NCBI GenBank assembly: GCA_965287045.1
Contig: OZ336876.1
Span: 82,274,001-82,338,000, forward strand
Direction of reading: 5' to 3'
Source: Carcharhinus amblyrhynchos
Taxonomy: Eukaryota
Length of the DNA stretch: 64,000 nucleotides
Made by a program: the position numbers and the translations under genes. Positions 38,331 to 52,085 of this stretch are shown in pieces (position 1 is the stretch's first letter; each line of letters opens with the position of its first letter). Under the pieces are notes generated by a model. It ran no database searches. It was not told the DNA's origin and worked only from the letters and a program-made list of their open reading frames with translations.

Positions 38331-38408
38331 TTCAGAGCAGTATTGAGTTGTGATATAAAGGCAGTGGATAGTGATGTAGAAGCAGCTAAGGTTGAAATCA
38401 TTAATAGG

Positions 38409-38690
38409 GATTTGATTTATTACTGTATACTAATTCATTATGAGTATACAGTGAAAAGTATTGTTTCTTGCATGCTACGCAGACAAAACATACCATACAT
38501 AGGGAAGGAAAGGAGAGAGTGCAGAATGTAGTGTTACAGTCATAGCTAGGATGTAAAGAAAGATCAACTTAGTGTGAGGTACATCTGTTTAAAAATCTGA
38601 TGGCAGCAGGGAAGGAGCTGTTCTTGAGTTGGATGGTATGCGTCCTCAGACTTCTCCCCATTGAAGGAAGAGAAGGGTGGGAGGAGTCTA
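38409..38690 (-). mobile_element. Rex1/Babar-type LINE 3' end
   Basis: Minus-strand RSLRTHTIQLKNSSFPAAIRFLN; tail ttttcactgt...taataaatcaaatc. Confidence 0.7.
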
Positions 38691-38789
38691 TGGACCCCCA
38701 AAATGTGATCTCTGAAGAAGAGATAGTGGCACCCCAGAGAACTGGGAGGTTTTTAGGATCTAGCAGCAAAAGACTTAAAAAGTCGTAAG

Positions 38790-40540
38790 GCTGAAAATTA
38801 AGAGTTTCTATAGATACAGCAAGTGGGCATCTAAGGTAAATATGGGACCTCTATTAACAAGGTGGGTGAATTAATAACGACAAACAAAGAAATGGTGGAA
38901 GACATTGCAAATATCCCGAAATTATCAGATAAGCTGATTTCAAATTAAATGGTAAAACTGACAAAAATCCCAATCACAAGGGATAGAGAATTGGAGAAAC
39001 TCAAGGGGGTAAAGGCGGACAAATCACCATGACTTGATGAACTGCACGCTAGGGTTTTAATGGAATTGGCTGCAGAGGTAGTGGACTTTTTGTTTGAAAT
39101 TTTTCATAACTTGCTAAATTCAGGGAGGATACCAGAAGATTGAAAAAAAACAGCCCATATGGCACCCTTGGTCAAAAAGGAGAAGGGCAGAAGGCAGGTT
39201 AACTATAGGCCAGTTAGCTTAATATATTAATGGCAAGACGCTGGAGTCAATAATCAAAGAGCAAATATGTAATCACTCAGGAAAGCTGAATATGATCAAA
39301 CATAGGCAGACATGGTTTTATGAAAGGTAAACCATGTTTGACAAATTTGCTTGAATTCTTTGAGGATGTAACGGGAGAGGAGATCTAGGGAAACCTGTAG
39401 ATCCAGCGTATTTAGATTTCCAAAAGGTATTTGACATGGTGCTACATAAGAGCCTGGTGCATAAAGTAAAAGCCTATGCAATCGGAGGAAATGTGTTAGC
39501 ACGGATTGAAAACTGACTGTCACATAGAAAAGGGAAAGTTGGGTTAAATGAGTCCTTTTCAGAGTGGAAAGATATCATTAGTGGAGTACTACAAGAATCA
39601 GTCCTTGGCCTGCAATTGTTCACCAGTTACATTAATGACCTGGAGGAAGGAAGAGAGCATAAGGTTTCCAAATTTGCCAATGACACAAAGATAGGTGGAA
39701 GGGCAGGTTGTGTGGAGGATATTGTGATTCTGCAATGGGATATAGATTGGGTGACTGGGCAAAAACCTGGCAAATTCAGTTTAACATGGATAAGTGTAAG
39801 GTCATGCACTTCAGTAGGAGGAATCAAAAGGCAGATTATTATCTAAATGAAAAAAGACTGCAGGTGGGTGAAGCACATGGGTGTCTAGACGTTCTAGTGC
39901 ATGAACCACAAAAATCCAGCAGGCAGATCTAATAACTTCTATTAAGGCAAACGGCATTTTGGCCTTTATTGCAAAGGGGTTGGAGTTAAAAATTGTACAG
40001 GGTGATGGTGAGGTCTCACTGGAATATGTGTACAGTGTACAGTTTTGGAACCCTTACCTAAAAAAAGGATTTATAGCATTGGAAACAGTGGAAAGGAGAT
40101 TCACCAGGCTAATTCCTGGGATGAGAGAGTTGTCTTATCAAGAGACCAAATAATCTGGGTCTGTATTTTTGGAGTTAAGAGTGAGGGGTGATCTTATTCA
40201 CACATATAAGATCCTAAGGGGGCTTGACAGGGTAGATGGTGAGATGTTTTCATGAGTGGGAAAGTCTCAAGCAAGGGGACAGAGCTACAAGGTAAAGGGC
40301 TGGTCATTTAAAACCCTCCTCACAGAGGGTGGTGAATCTCTGGAATTCTGTGCCCTGAGGTTGCATCATTAGAAGTATTTAAAGTGGAGGTGGATAAATA
40401 GTTGATAGTTTGAGGGATACAGGGAAATGGCACAGAAAAGGAGTGGAGGCTGGCATAGATCAGTCATGATCATATTGAGAGGTGGAGTAGGTTTAAATGG
40501 CCTGGTGGCATATTGCTGCTTCTATTTTTGTGTTCTTGTG
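38790..40540 (+). mobile_element. Old CR1 LINE (RT + 3' end)
   Basis: Degenerate KSP..D, NYRPVSL, HGF, KFANDTKIGG and VQFWNPYLKK, plus a CR1 tail. Confidence 0.85.
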
Positions 40541-42925
40541 TTCCCAATTAGTGCCTCTGCTCTTTGCCAAAGCCTTGTAACTTTTTTTCATTTATCCCTT
40601 TTGAAATTTATCCGCTTCTCTTTCAGACAGTACATCTCAGATTATCATAATTTTTTTAAAAAAGTAACTGTCATCTGTTTCACTGTTTTGCTAACAACAT
40701 AAATCTGTGTCCTTTGCTTATTGATTGTACCATTGTGGAAAGTGTTCCTCTCCACTCTAGTTAAACTCCTTTGTATGGCGATGATGAAAAAAGGCATTAT
40801 CTTCAATTGCAAAACTTTCATCACATAGGGTTTCTAAATTCGAAAGAAAAATGAACTCTTACTTCTAACAAATGTTTGTATTACGTTGATGGCATAACTT
40901 TTCGATCTCAATTTATGGACTCTCTTGATTATTGTTGCAATGGGCTGAGTGTAGTTTGGTAAGTCCTGTTAAGACATTCATAGTCTTGGGTAGTTCAACG
41001 GAAGTCACCAACTACTAGATTCTATGTACATAGGTAGAGTACAAGCTAAGAACTGTCTCCATGCTTGCTTCTACACACAGCTCTGTCCAACACTACATTG
41101 ACCCCTAACTTATTTATTCTCTTACATCACTGGACAGTACCTTACTCTGTCCACATTGAACCTACATGATCCAGACCCTACACTACAGTTAAAGTCAGGG
41201 TTTTTCCATCTCAAAAGGAGGCTTTTGAAAGATTTATCGTAACTTTATGTTTTCACACGTGCGTGGAACAATGACAATCTGACTAAATGGTTTTGTTTTT
41301 TTAACTTGACATTTTGAGTCCAGCTGCGAGAATGAGTGATGGTAAAACACAAACTGTTCAAATGTGATTGTTCTGATTAACGTTGCAGTTAACAAAGTGA
41401 GTATTTAAGAAACCAGTTTCAAAAAGTCTCAACAGCATAATTATAAATGACAGATCAAATTGTGTATAATCACACTGCAGGAATTGTGTAGTTCAGCTGG
41501 TTTACTCAAAAGCACTGAGCAATTGTTTACAGAAAGGTGTTTAGATGGACTGGCAGATTAGAAATTATGTAAGAAAACTACAAAACAACTTGTATTGCAT
41601 TGTTAATGTAATGAAACTCCCTAGAGCAATTCGTTGGAGCATTAGAAAACAAAATGCAGCACCAAGCCATATAAGGAGATATTAGGTAAAATGATCAAAA
41701 GCTTGGCCAAAGAAGTGTTTTAAGGGGGAAAGCAAGGAAGAGAGCTGCAGAGATGTAGGGAAGGAATTCCAGAGATTGGAGCCTGGGCAGCTGAAGGCAC
41801 AGCGACTAATGGTGAAACAGTAATGATCAAGAATGCACAGTGCAGATCTTGAATGATTGTGGACTTGGATGAGATTACAGAAGGGGAAAGGCCATCAAGG
41901 GATTTGCAAATAATGATACTTTTAAAATCGAGGCGTTGCTTATCAGGGAGATGATGAAAATCAACAAGCACAGGTGTGATGGAGAAATGGGATTCCTGCA
42001 AGTTAAAACACGCACAGCAAAGGTTTGGATGATCAAAAATTTACAGAAGTGTAATATGGGAGTCCAGCCAGGCTTCCAGGCTGGAAATGGTAATGAAGGC
42101 ACAAATTAGGGTTTCAGAAGCAGCTGAGCTGAGATTGGTGAATTTAAGCAATGTTACAGATATGGAGAAAGACAGTCTTTAAATGGGATTGAAAACTCAT
42201 CTCCAGGTCAAATGTGACACCAAGGTTACAGAGAGACAATTTCAGACTGATGCTAGGGAGAGGGACGGCATTGGTGATTGGGGAACAGTGTTTGAAGTGG
42301 GGACCAAAAACAATAGTTATGGCCTTCCCAATATCTAATTGGACAAAATTTCTGCTCCCCTTGTATTGAATGTTATGTAAGCGGTCTGTGAAGTTAGTGA
42401 CAGGGAGGAGTTGAGAGAGGTAGGGCTGAGTTGGAGTTGGAAGTCACCAGCATACATGTGAAAACTAATGCTGTATTTCAGATGTTGTCAAGGGGCAGCA
42501 TGTAGATGAAAATAGGAGGGGGCAAGCATTGATCCATTGTGGGGGGGGGGAGGTGGGGAGGGGGGTCAGAGATAAAGGTGTGGGAACAGGAAGAGAATCC
42601 ATTGCATATGATTTCCTGGTTATGATTAGATAGGCTTGGACCCACATGAGAGTAGTCCCTTCTGGCTGGATGACAGTGGAAAGGCAGAGGAGGATGGTGT
42701 GGTTAAGTATCAAGGGCAGTAGGTGGATTGAGAAGACTGAGGAGGCAAAGTTTAACTTTTGTCATAGTGACACATGATGTTTGTAACTTTGATAAGTGTT
42801 TTGACTGTGGTGAGAACCTGATTGGAAAGATTCAAATATGACGTTTCAGGAAAGATGAGAATGGATTTGAGATGACAGCACCTTCAAGACTTGAGTGAAA
42901 ATGGAGGTTGGAGATGGGACAGACA

Positions 42926-45900
42926 AGAACATAGAACATTACAGCGCAGTACAGGCCCTTCAGCCCTCGATGTTGCACCAACCAGTGGAACCAATCTAAT
43001 GACCCTCTAACCTAACCTATTCCAATGTTATCCATATGCTTATCCACTGACCATTTGAACGCCCTTAAAGTTGGCAAGTCCACAACTGCTGTAGGCAGGG
43101 CATTCCACGACCTTACTACGCTCTGAGTAAAGAACCTACCTCTGACATCCGTCCTATAATTACCACCCCTTAATTTAAAGCTATGTCCCCTTGTGTTAGC
43201 CATCACCATCCAAGGTAAAAGGCTCTCACTGTCCACCCTCTCCAATCCTTTGATCATCTTGTATGCCTCAATCAGCTCACCTCGTAACCTTCTTCTCTCC
43301 AATGAAAATAACCTCAAGTCCCTCAGCCTTTCCTCATAAGACCTTCCCACCATACCAGGCAACATCCTGGTAAACCTCCTCTGCACCCTTTCCAATGCCT
43401 CCACATCTTTCTTATAATGCGGTGACCAGAACTGTACGCAATACTCCAAGTGCGGCCGCACCAGAGTTTTGTACAGTTGTAACATGACCTCACGGCTCCG
43501 AAATTCAATCCCTCCACCAATAAAAGCTAACACACCGTACGCCTTCTTAACAACCTTATCAACCTGGATGCCAACTTTCAGGGAGCTATGCACATGTACC
43601 CTGAGATCTCTCTGCTCGTCAACACTACTAAGAGTCCTTCCATTAGCCCTATATTCTGTACTCCTGTTATTCTTCCCAAAGTGAATCATCTCACACTTTT
43701 CTGTATTAAACTCCATTTGCCACCTCTCGGCCCAGCTCTGCAGCTTATCTATAGAACATAGAACATAGAACATTACAGCGCAGAACAGGCCCTTCGGCCC
43801 ACGATGTTGCGCCGACCAGTTACAAAAACAATGACCCACTAGCCTATACCAATCCCTTTTCGTCCATAAACCTATCCAGAGATCTCTTAAACGCCCCCAA
43901 ACTAGACGCATCTACAACTGCAGCAGGCAGGGCATTCCAATCCCTCACCACCCGCTGGGTAAAGAACCTACCCCTGACATCCGTCCTGTAGCTACCCCCC
44001 CTTAATTTAAAGTCATGCCCCCTCGTGCTAGCTTTCTCCATCCGAGGAAAAAGGCTATCACTATCCACCCTATCTAAACCCCTAATCATCTTATATGTTT
44101 CAATAAGATCCCCTCTTAGCCGCCTTCTTCCCAACGAAAACAACCCTAGATCCCTCAGTCTCTCCTCATAGGACCTCCCCACCATACCAGGCAACATCCT
44201 AGTAAACCTCCTCTGCACCCTCTCCAACGCCTCCACATCCTTCTTGTAATGCGGGGACCAGAACTGCACACAGTACTCCAAGTGCGGCCGCACTAGAGTA
44301 GTGTACAGTTGCAACATTACACTGCGACTCCTAAATTCAATCCCCCTACCAATAAACGCCAAGACACCGTACGCCTTCTTGACAACCTTATCTACTTGAT
44401 TCCCAACTTTCAGGGATCTATGTACACACACACCTAGATCCCTCTGTTCATCCACACTATTCAAAGTCCTCCCGTTAGCCCTATACTCGACACATCTGTT
44501 GCTCCTACCAAAGTGAATTACCTCACACTTCTCCGCATTAAATTCCATCCGCCACCTCTCGGCCCAGCTCTGCAACCTATCTAAGTCTCCCTGCAGACTA
44601 TGACACCCTTCCTCACAATCTACCACACCTCCAACTTTGGTGTCATCAGCAAATTTACTAATCCACCCAACTATACCCTCATCCAGATCATTAATAAAAT
44701 GTCCCTCTGCAAACTGTAACATCCATCCTCACTGTCTACAACTCCTCCAACTTTGGTGTCATCAGCAAATTTACTAATCCATCCTTCTACACCCTCATCC
44801 AGGTCATTTATAAAAATGACAAACAGCAGTGGCCCCAAAACAGATCCTTGAGGTACGCCACTTGTAACTGAACTCCAGGTTGAATATTTCCCATCAACCA
44901 CCACCCTCTGTCTTCTATCAGCTAGCCAATTCCTGATCCAAACTGCTAAATCACCCTCAATCCCATGCATCTGCATTTTCTGCAATAGCCTACCATGGGT
45001 AACCTTATCAAACGCTTTGCTAAAATCCATATACACCACGGCAACTGCCTTACCCTTATCCACCTCTTTGGTCACCTTTTCAAAAAACTCAATAAGGTTT
45101 GTGAGGCACGACCTACCCTTCACAAAACCGTGTTGACTATCCCTAATCAATTTACTTCCCTCTAGATGATTATAAATCCTATCCCATATAATTCTTTCCA
45201 AAACTTTGCCCACAACAGAAGTAAGGCTCACTGGTCTATAATTCCCAGGATGGTCTCTACTCCCCTTCTTGAACAAGGCGACAACATTTGCTATCCTCCA
45301 GTCTTCTGGCACTATACCTGAAGCCAATGACGACATGAAGATCAAAGCCAAAGGCTCTGCAATCTCCTCCCTAGCCTCCCAGAGAACCCTAGGGTAAATC
45401 CCATCTGGCCCAGGGGACTTATCTATTTTCACACTCTCAAGAATTGCCAACACCTCCTCCTTATGTACCTCAATCCCGTCTAGTCTACTACCTGGTATCG
45501 CAGTACTCTCCTCGACTACACTGACTTTTTCCGGCGTGAATACTGATGAAAAATACTCATTCAGTGCCTCTCCTATCTCTTCAGGCTCCACGCACAACTT
45601 CCCACTGCTGTCTCTGACTGGCCCTAATCTTGCCCTAACCAATCTTTTATTCTTGACATGCCTGTAGAAAGCTTTAGGATTCTCCTTGATCCTATCCGCT
45701 AAAGTCTTCTCATGTCCTCTTCTAGCTCTTCTTAAGTCTCTCTTTAGCTTCTTCCTGGCTAATTTATAACTCTCCAGCGCCCTAACTGAGCCTTCACGGC
45801 TCATCTTTACATAAGCCTCCTTCTTCCTCTTCACCAGAGATTCAACTTCCTTAGTACACCATGGTTCCCTTGCTCGACCACTTCTTCCCTGCCTGACAGG

Positions 45901-47115
45901 TACATATTTATTAAGGACTCACAGTAGCTGCTCCTTGAATAAGCTCCACATTTCAGATGTTCCCAGCCCCTGCAATTTCCTACTCCACCCTATGTATCCT
46001 AAATCTCGCCTAATAGCCTCATAATTACCTTTCCCCCAGCTATAACTTCTGCCCTTCAGTATACGCCTATCCCTTTCCATCACTAAGGTAAACGTAACCA
46101 AATTGTGATCACTATCACCAAAGTGCTCACTTTTACCTTCAATTCTAACACCTGGTCTGGTTCATTACCCAGTACCAAATCCAATGTAGCCTCACCTCTT
46201 GTTGGCCTATCTACATACTGTGTCACGAAACCTTCCTGCACACATTGGACAAAAACTGACCCCTCTAACGTGCTTGAACTATAGCTTTTCCAATCAATAT
46301 TTGTAAAGTTAAAGTCCCCCATAACAACTACCCTGTTACTTTCGCACCTATCCAGGATCATCTTTGCAATCCTTTCCTCTACATCTCTGGAACTTTTTAG
46401 AGGCCTATAAAAACTCCCAACAGTGTGATTTCTCCTTTCCTGTTTCTAAGCTCAGCCCATACTACCGCAATAGATAGGTCCACATCAAACATCCTTTCTG
46501 CCACCGTAATACTGTCCTTGACTAACAATACCACGCCTCCCCCTCTTCTGTTCTGACTGAAACATCTGAACCCCGGAACCTGCAACAACCATTCCTGTCC
46601 CTGCTCTATTCATGTCTCTGTAATGGCCACAACATCGAAGTCCCAGGCACCAATCCAGGCTGCAAGTTCGTCCACCTTATTGCGTATGCTCCTCGCATTA
46701 AAGTATACGCACTTCAACACACCCTCCCGCCTGCCAATACACTGCTGTGACCTAGAAACCTTATCCATGACCTTCCTATTCTTATCCTCCTGTACATTGG
46801 AGCTACAGTTCAGGTTCCCATCCCCCCTCTGAATCAGTTTAAACCCCCTGAATAGCACTGGCAAATTTTCCCCCCAAGATATTAGTTCCCCTCTGGTTCA
46901 GGTGCAGACCATCCCTCTTGTAGAGGTCCCACCTACCCCAGAATGAGCCCCAATTGTCCAAGTATCTGAACCCTTCCCTCCTGCACCATCCCTTTAGCCA
47001 CGACTTCAAATGTTCTCTCTCTCTATTCTTCTCCATGCTATCCCGCGGCACAGGTAACAAACCAGAGATAACCACTCTGCTTGTTTTAGCCCTAAGCTTC
47101 AACCCTAACTCTCTG
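42926..47115 (-). mobile_element. CR1 LINE (ORF1 esterase end, endonuclease, RT, tail), host of a nested CR1
   Basis: Esterase VVISGLLPV...DGLHLN; EN YFNARSIRNK, ITET, GDFNF, LDLVLGNEP; RT 45834-44700. RT continues at 43751 (DKLQSWAERW) down to the (ctatgtt)n tail at about 42926. Confidence 0.92.
43752..44697 (-). mobile_element. CR1 3' fragment nested in a related CR1
   Basis: Intact ORF from FINDLDEG...KFADDTK to the stop at 43844, with its own (ctatgtt)n tail at about 43752. Confidence 0.9.
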
Positions 47116-48117
47116 AATTTCTTTCAGTAGACAGGTGATGGCAGATGATTGAAAAGAGAATGGACAACAACTGAAGAGAGGACAATTTACAATATGAGAG
47201 CGAGGAGGGGAAGTTGGGAATAGCATTGAGAAAACAGGAGGTGGGTCTTGTGAACAAGATGAGCTCATAGCAAATATGAGGGAAGATAGGAGAGAAACCA
47301 GAGAAAAATGCAAGTTCAAGATGTGGGCAAGAAGGAGCATTAAAGGAAGTTAGAGCAGGCAGGCTAGTGGAAGGGGGAGACATTGCACAGGGAACTGATC
47401 CAATTGTCTCAATTCTAGTTTCGCCCATGAGCTTCCTCTCATTGTTGGCTCTGAGAATGAATCGAATAGTGGGGGAAGTGTTTGGGAAAAGCAGTCTGCA
47501 GTTAAGAAACCGGAGGTTATCTTTGCATTCCAAGATTATTCTGGAGCAACGAACAGTTTCAGTAAAAGAAAGGAAGAATCAGTGATTTGCTGTGATATTA
47601 TAATGGATTAGCATCTGTTAGAGATTTATGGTGACAGCCTTGGCTCAGTCTTGCCAGAAGGTTGGATTGCAATGCTGCCACTCGTGCCAGAATCTCTGAA
47701 CACAATCTAAACTGCCACGTCAGTGCAGTGAGAGCAGTACATTACCTGAAGTGTCATTATAGTTCAGATAGTATGACAATAATACACTTTCAAAGTACAT
47801 AATTTTCTTTGAAGTGCTTTGGGAAGCCCTGAAGTCATGGAAAGTAATACATAAATGTTCTGTTAAGTCATTCAGAGAAATATTACAACTTTTGTGCATT
47901 TCAAACTATACAATAAAAAATACTATCAAATGTCAGTAATTCACCAACTGACTCCTGTTAATGTGTCCACCATCTATAAAGAGCAAATCAAGAGTGTAAT
48001 AGAATATTCAAATTTTACTCTGGACGATTACAGCATTATAAACAGTCAATTTCAAACCATTCAGGACTAAATAGCCTGCTTGATCAACACCCCTTAAACA
48101 TTGGGACACTCAGAATC

Positions 48118-48305
48118 TACATATTCTCCCTGTGTCTGCATGGGTGCTCCAGTTTCCTCCCATAGTCTGAAAGACATGATGGTTAGGTGCATTGGCCATA
48201 CTAAATTCTCCCTCAGGCACTGGAGTGTGTGACAACTAGGGGATTTTCACAGTAACTTCATTCCAGTGTTAATGCAAGCCTTTTTGTGACACTAATAAAT
48301 AAAAC
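48118..48305 (+). mobile_element. Type-B V-SINE, 5'-truncated
   Basis: V domain (tttcctcccatagtctgaaag) plus tail ggattttcacagtaacttcattccagtgttaatg...tgtgacactaataaataaa. Confidence 0.8.
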
Positions 48306-48309
48306 TTAC

Positions 48310-49745
48310 TTAGTTCCACTCCCTGCCTTATCTCCGTAATCCAATTCCCTTTCCAAAACTTTGATCAAATCTCCACCACCCTCTCAGAGGTTGTTCCAGT
48401 CTCCGAACATTCTTTTCCTCCTATCACCTTTACTCCTTTTGCCTGTCACTTTGAATCTGTGCCCTTTAGTTATTGATTCTCTCAAATAGGAACAGTTTAT
48501 CACTATTTACCTTGTCCATACCCCTCAAGATCTTTAATACTTCTATCAAGATCTATCCTCTCTGCCTTCTGTTCTGCAAAGAAACCAGTTCCAACTCCTT
48601 TAACCTATCCCCGTAGTTCTTTATCTCTGGAACCATTCATGTGAATCTCCTCTGTCATCTCTCCAATACTGCTGAACAGATAGTTTTGTTTATTTATTAG
48701 TGTCACAAGTAGGCTTCCATTAACACTGCAATGAAGTGAAAATCTTCTAGGCGCCGCACTCCAGCGCCTTTTCAGGTACTCTGAGGGAGAATTTAGTATT
48801 GCTTTCACATCCTTCCTCAAGTATGGTGCCCAGAACTGGAAGCAGTACTCCAGATGAGGTCTAATTAGTGTTTTATTTAAATTCAACATGACCTCCTTAC
48901 TTTTATACTCCATGCCCTATAAAAAGCTTAAGATACTATACCCCTTATAAACTGTTCTTTCAACATGCCCTGCCACCTTCAACAACTTATGTACTTACAC
49001 TGAGGTCCCTCTGTTGCTGCACCTCCTATAGGGTTTCTCCCTTTATTTTATAAGATCTCTCCATTTTCTTCCTGCCAAAATGAATCACCTCACCCTTCTC
49101 TGCATTGAATTTCATCTGCAATTTGTCTGCCCAATCCATCAACATGTCTATGCCCTTTGAAGTTCAAGACTATTGCATCACAGTTAACAATGTTTCTAAT
49201 CTTCATACCATCTGCAAGTTGAAACCGTGCCCTGCTCACCACAATCTAGGTCACTAACATATATCAAGAAGAGCAAATGTCCCCCACACTGATCCCTGGG
49301 GAATTCCACCATAAACCTTCCTCCAATCTGAAAAACTATCACTATTTATTACTACTGTTCCCATCAGTCAGCCATATTCTAATCTAAGTGATTACTTCCT
49401 TTTTATTCCATCAGTTTGACTTTTGCTCACAAGTCCGTTGTGTGACATGGTGTCAGCTGATTTTTAAAACCCATTTACCTACCACATCAACAGCATTGTT
49501 CTTGTCAATTCTCTATGTTACCTCCTCAAAGAACTCCAACAAGTTAGCTAAACACAACTTTTCCTTGATGAATTCATACTGAATTTCCTTAATTATCCTG
49601 CACTTTCCTAAGTGACAACTGATTTTGCCCTGAACTGTAGCTTCCAGAAGTTCCTGAGTGCTTTGTAGTTGCCAACTTTATCCTTGCACCACTTTTTGAA
49701 CAAGGTTGTAGCATTCTCAATTCTCCAGTCCTCTGGAACTACCCA
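48310..49745 (-). mobile_element. Old CR1, with a type-B SINE tail inserted at about 48688-48797
   Basis: MEYKSKEVMLNL.KTLIRPHLEYCFQFWAPYLRKDV plus upstream RT remnants. Confidence 0.8.
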
Positions 49746-49749
49746 TGTC

Positions 49750-51540
49750 AAAAGAAAAGGGACCTAGTGGTAGGGGATGGGGATATGGCTAAGGTCTTGA
49801 ATAACTTTTTTGTTTCTGTCTTCACGGAGGAGGACGTGAATAATTTGCCGGGTGTTAGCGATGGAAAGGTGGTAGGACTGGAGGGTCTTAATGACATTAC
49901 TGTTACTAGAGAGGTGGTGCGCAACAGACTGGAGGGGCTGATTGTGGACAAGTCCCCAGGACCGGATGGAATGCATCCGAGGGTTCTGAAAGAAATGGCG
50001 GAGGTGATAGTGGATGCCTTGGTGGTTATTTTCCAGACGTCGCTGGATTCCGGGGAAGTGCCGGAGGATTGGAAAACGGCTAATGTTACGCCGTTGTTTA
50101 AGAAGGGTGCCAGGCAAAAGGCGGGGAATTACAGGCCGGTTAGTTTAACGTCTGTGGTAGGTAAAATGTTAGAATCCGTCATTAAGGAGGAAATTGCGAG
50201 GCATCTTGAAGGGAATTGCTTGATAGGGCAGACGCAACACGGTTTCATTAAAGGGAAGTCGTGTCTGACAAATTTACTGGAGTTCTATGAGGATGTGTCT
50301 AGGGCGGTGGATAGAGGAGAGCCGGTGGATGTGGTCTTTCTGGATTTTCAGAAGGCGTTTGATAAGGTACCTCACAAGAGGTTACTGCAGAAGGTCAGAG
50401 GACATGGAGTTGGGGGTAGGGTGTTAGCGTGGATAGAGGATTGGTTGTCAAATAGGAGGCAGAGAGTGGGGGTCAATGGGTGCTATTCGGATTGGCGGTT
50501 GGTGACTAGTGGGGTGCCCCAGGGGTCGGTGCTGGGGCCTCAGCTATTTACCATTTATATAGATGATCTGGAGGAGGGAACCGAGTGTAGGGTGTCGAAA
50601 TTTGCTGATGACACCAAGATTGGGGGAAAGGCAAATTGTGCGGAGGGTGTGGAGAGTCTGCAGAAGGATCTAGATAGGCTGGGCGAATGGGCCAGGAAAT
50701 GGCAAATGGAATTTAATGTTGGCAAGTGTGAGGTGGTCCACTTTGGTAGGAAGAATGGTAGGAAGGACTATTACTTACGTGGCGAAAAACTGCAGCAGGC
50801 GACGGTGCAGAGGGACCTCGGGGTCCTTGTGCATGAGTCGCAAAAACCCAGCCTGCAGGTGCAGCAGGTGGTCAGGAAGGCGAATGGGATGCTGGCCTTC
50901 ATAGCGAGGGGGATTGAATATAAAAGTAGGGAGGTCTTGCTGCAGCTGTATAGGGCATTGGTGAGGCCGCAGCTGGAGTACTGTGTGCAGTTTTGGGCGC
51001 CGCACCTGCGCAAGGATATTTTGGCCTTGGAGGGAGTGCAGAGGAGGTTTACTAGGCTGATACCGGAGTTGAGGGGGTTGAGCTATGAGGAGAGGCTGAA
51101 TAAACTAGGCTTGTACTCGTTAGAGTTTAGAAGAATGAGGGGAGATCTCATTGAGACGTATAAGATGATGAATGGGATGGATAGGATAGAGGTGGAAAGA
51201 CTCTTCCCGCGCAAAAAAGACAGTAGGACTAGGGGGCACAGCCTCAAGATAAAGGGGGGGCGGTTCAGAACGGAGTTGAGGAGGAACTTCTTCACTCAAA
51301 GGGTGGTGAATCTCTGGAATTCTCTGCCCGTTGAAGTGGTGGAGGCTGCCTCGCTAAATATTTTTAAGAAGCGGGTTGATGGGTTTTTGATAAGAGAAGG
51401 GATTAAGGGTTATGGGGAGAGGGCGGGAAAGTGGAACTGAGCCACGACAGATCAGCCATGATCTTATTGAATGGCGGGGCAGGCTCGAAGGGCCAGATGG
51501 CCTACTTCTGCTCCTATTTCTTATGTTCTTATGTTCTTAT
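49750..51540 (+). mobile_element. Very young 5'-truncated CR1 with an uninterrupted 557-codon RT ORF (49767-51440)
   Basis: [43 protein letters not shown] and FADDTK. No stops or frameshifts, CpG-rich, (ttcttatg)n tail. Confidence 0.95.
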
Positions 51541-51889
51541 TTAAAACTGGAAGATTATCACTCCCATTTTCACTCTCATTTCCCTCAGTACATAGGATAC
51601 TTAAGTGTACCAATGTGTACTTCTCCTCAGTCTGCATAGCTTCTTCCTTTGTAAAGACAATCAAAGGTCTCATTTAATTACTCCAATATTTCTCCTGTCT
51701 CCTTGTGCCAGTTGCCTTTCTTTTATGCATAATCTGCCCTACCATTTCTTTTACCATCCTTTTTTCATTTACGTGCTGATAGTGGACCTTGGGATTCTCT
51801 CTTGTGTTAGCTGCCAGTTTCTTTTCATGCTCTCACCTTGCTTTTATTAGATTTTTAATTTTTTCACGGGTCATTCTATATTCAACACA

Positions 51890-52085
51890 AACGAGAAAAT
51901 GCTGGAAAATCTCAGCAGGTCTGACAGCATTTGTGGGGAGAGAATAGAGTCAATGTTTTGAGTTTAGATGACCCTTTGAAACTCAACATTGGCTCCATTC
52001 TCTCCCCGCAGATGTAATCAGATCTGCTGAGATTTTCCAGCTCTTTTTTTGTTTCAGATTTCAGCATTCACAGTTAGTTGCTTTT
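51890..52085. repeat. Palindromic repeat, probably Penelope-like-element derived
   Basis: Arms about 51901-51957 and 51985-52041 (gctggaaaatctcagcaggtctg... / ...cagatctgctgagattttccagc). Related pieces at about 705-810 and 22530-22720. Confidence 0.6.

Larger units (their letters stand above)
41580..47560 (-). mobile_element. Old L2-type LINE (41580-42920 and 47130-47560), interrupted by a CR1
   Basis: SITPVLVDFHHLPDKQRLDFK resembles the L2 HITPVL..LHWLPV..RIDFK motif. An upstream ORF2 remnant (ECKDN, IETI) lies beyond 47130. Confidence 0.7.

Noticed and set aside
40967-41187. Possible solo LTR (TG...CA)
   Set aside because: No matching target-site duplication or second copy in the window.
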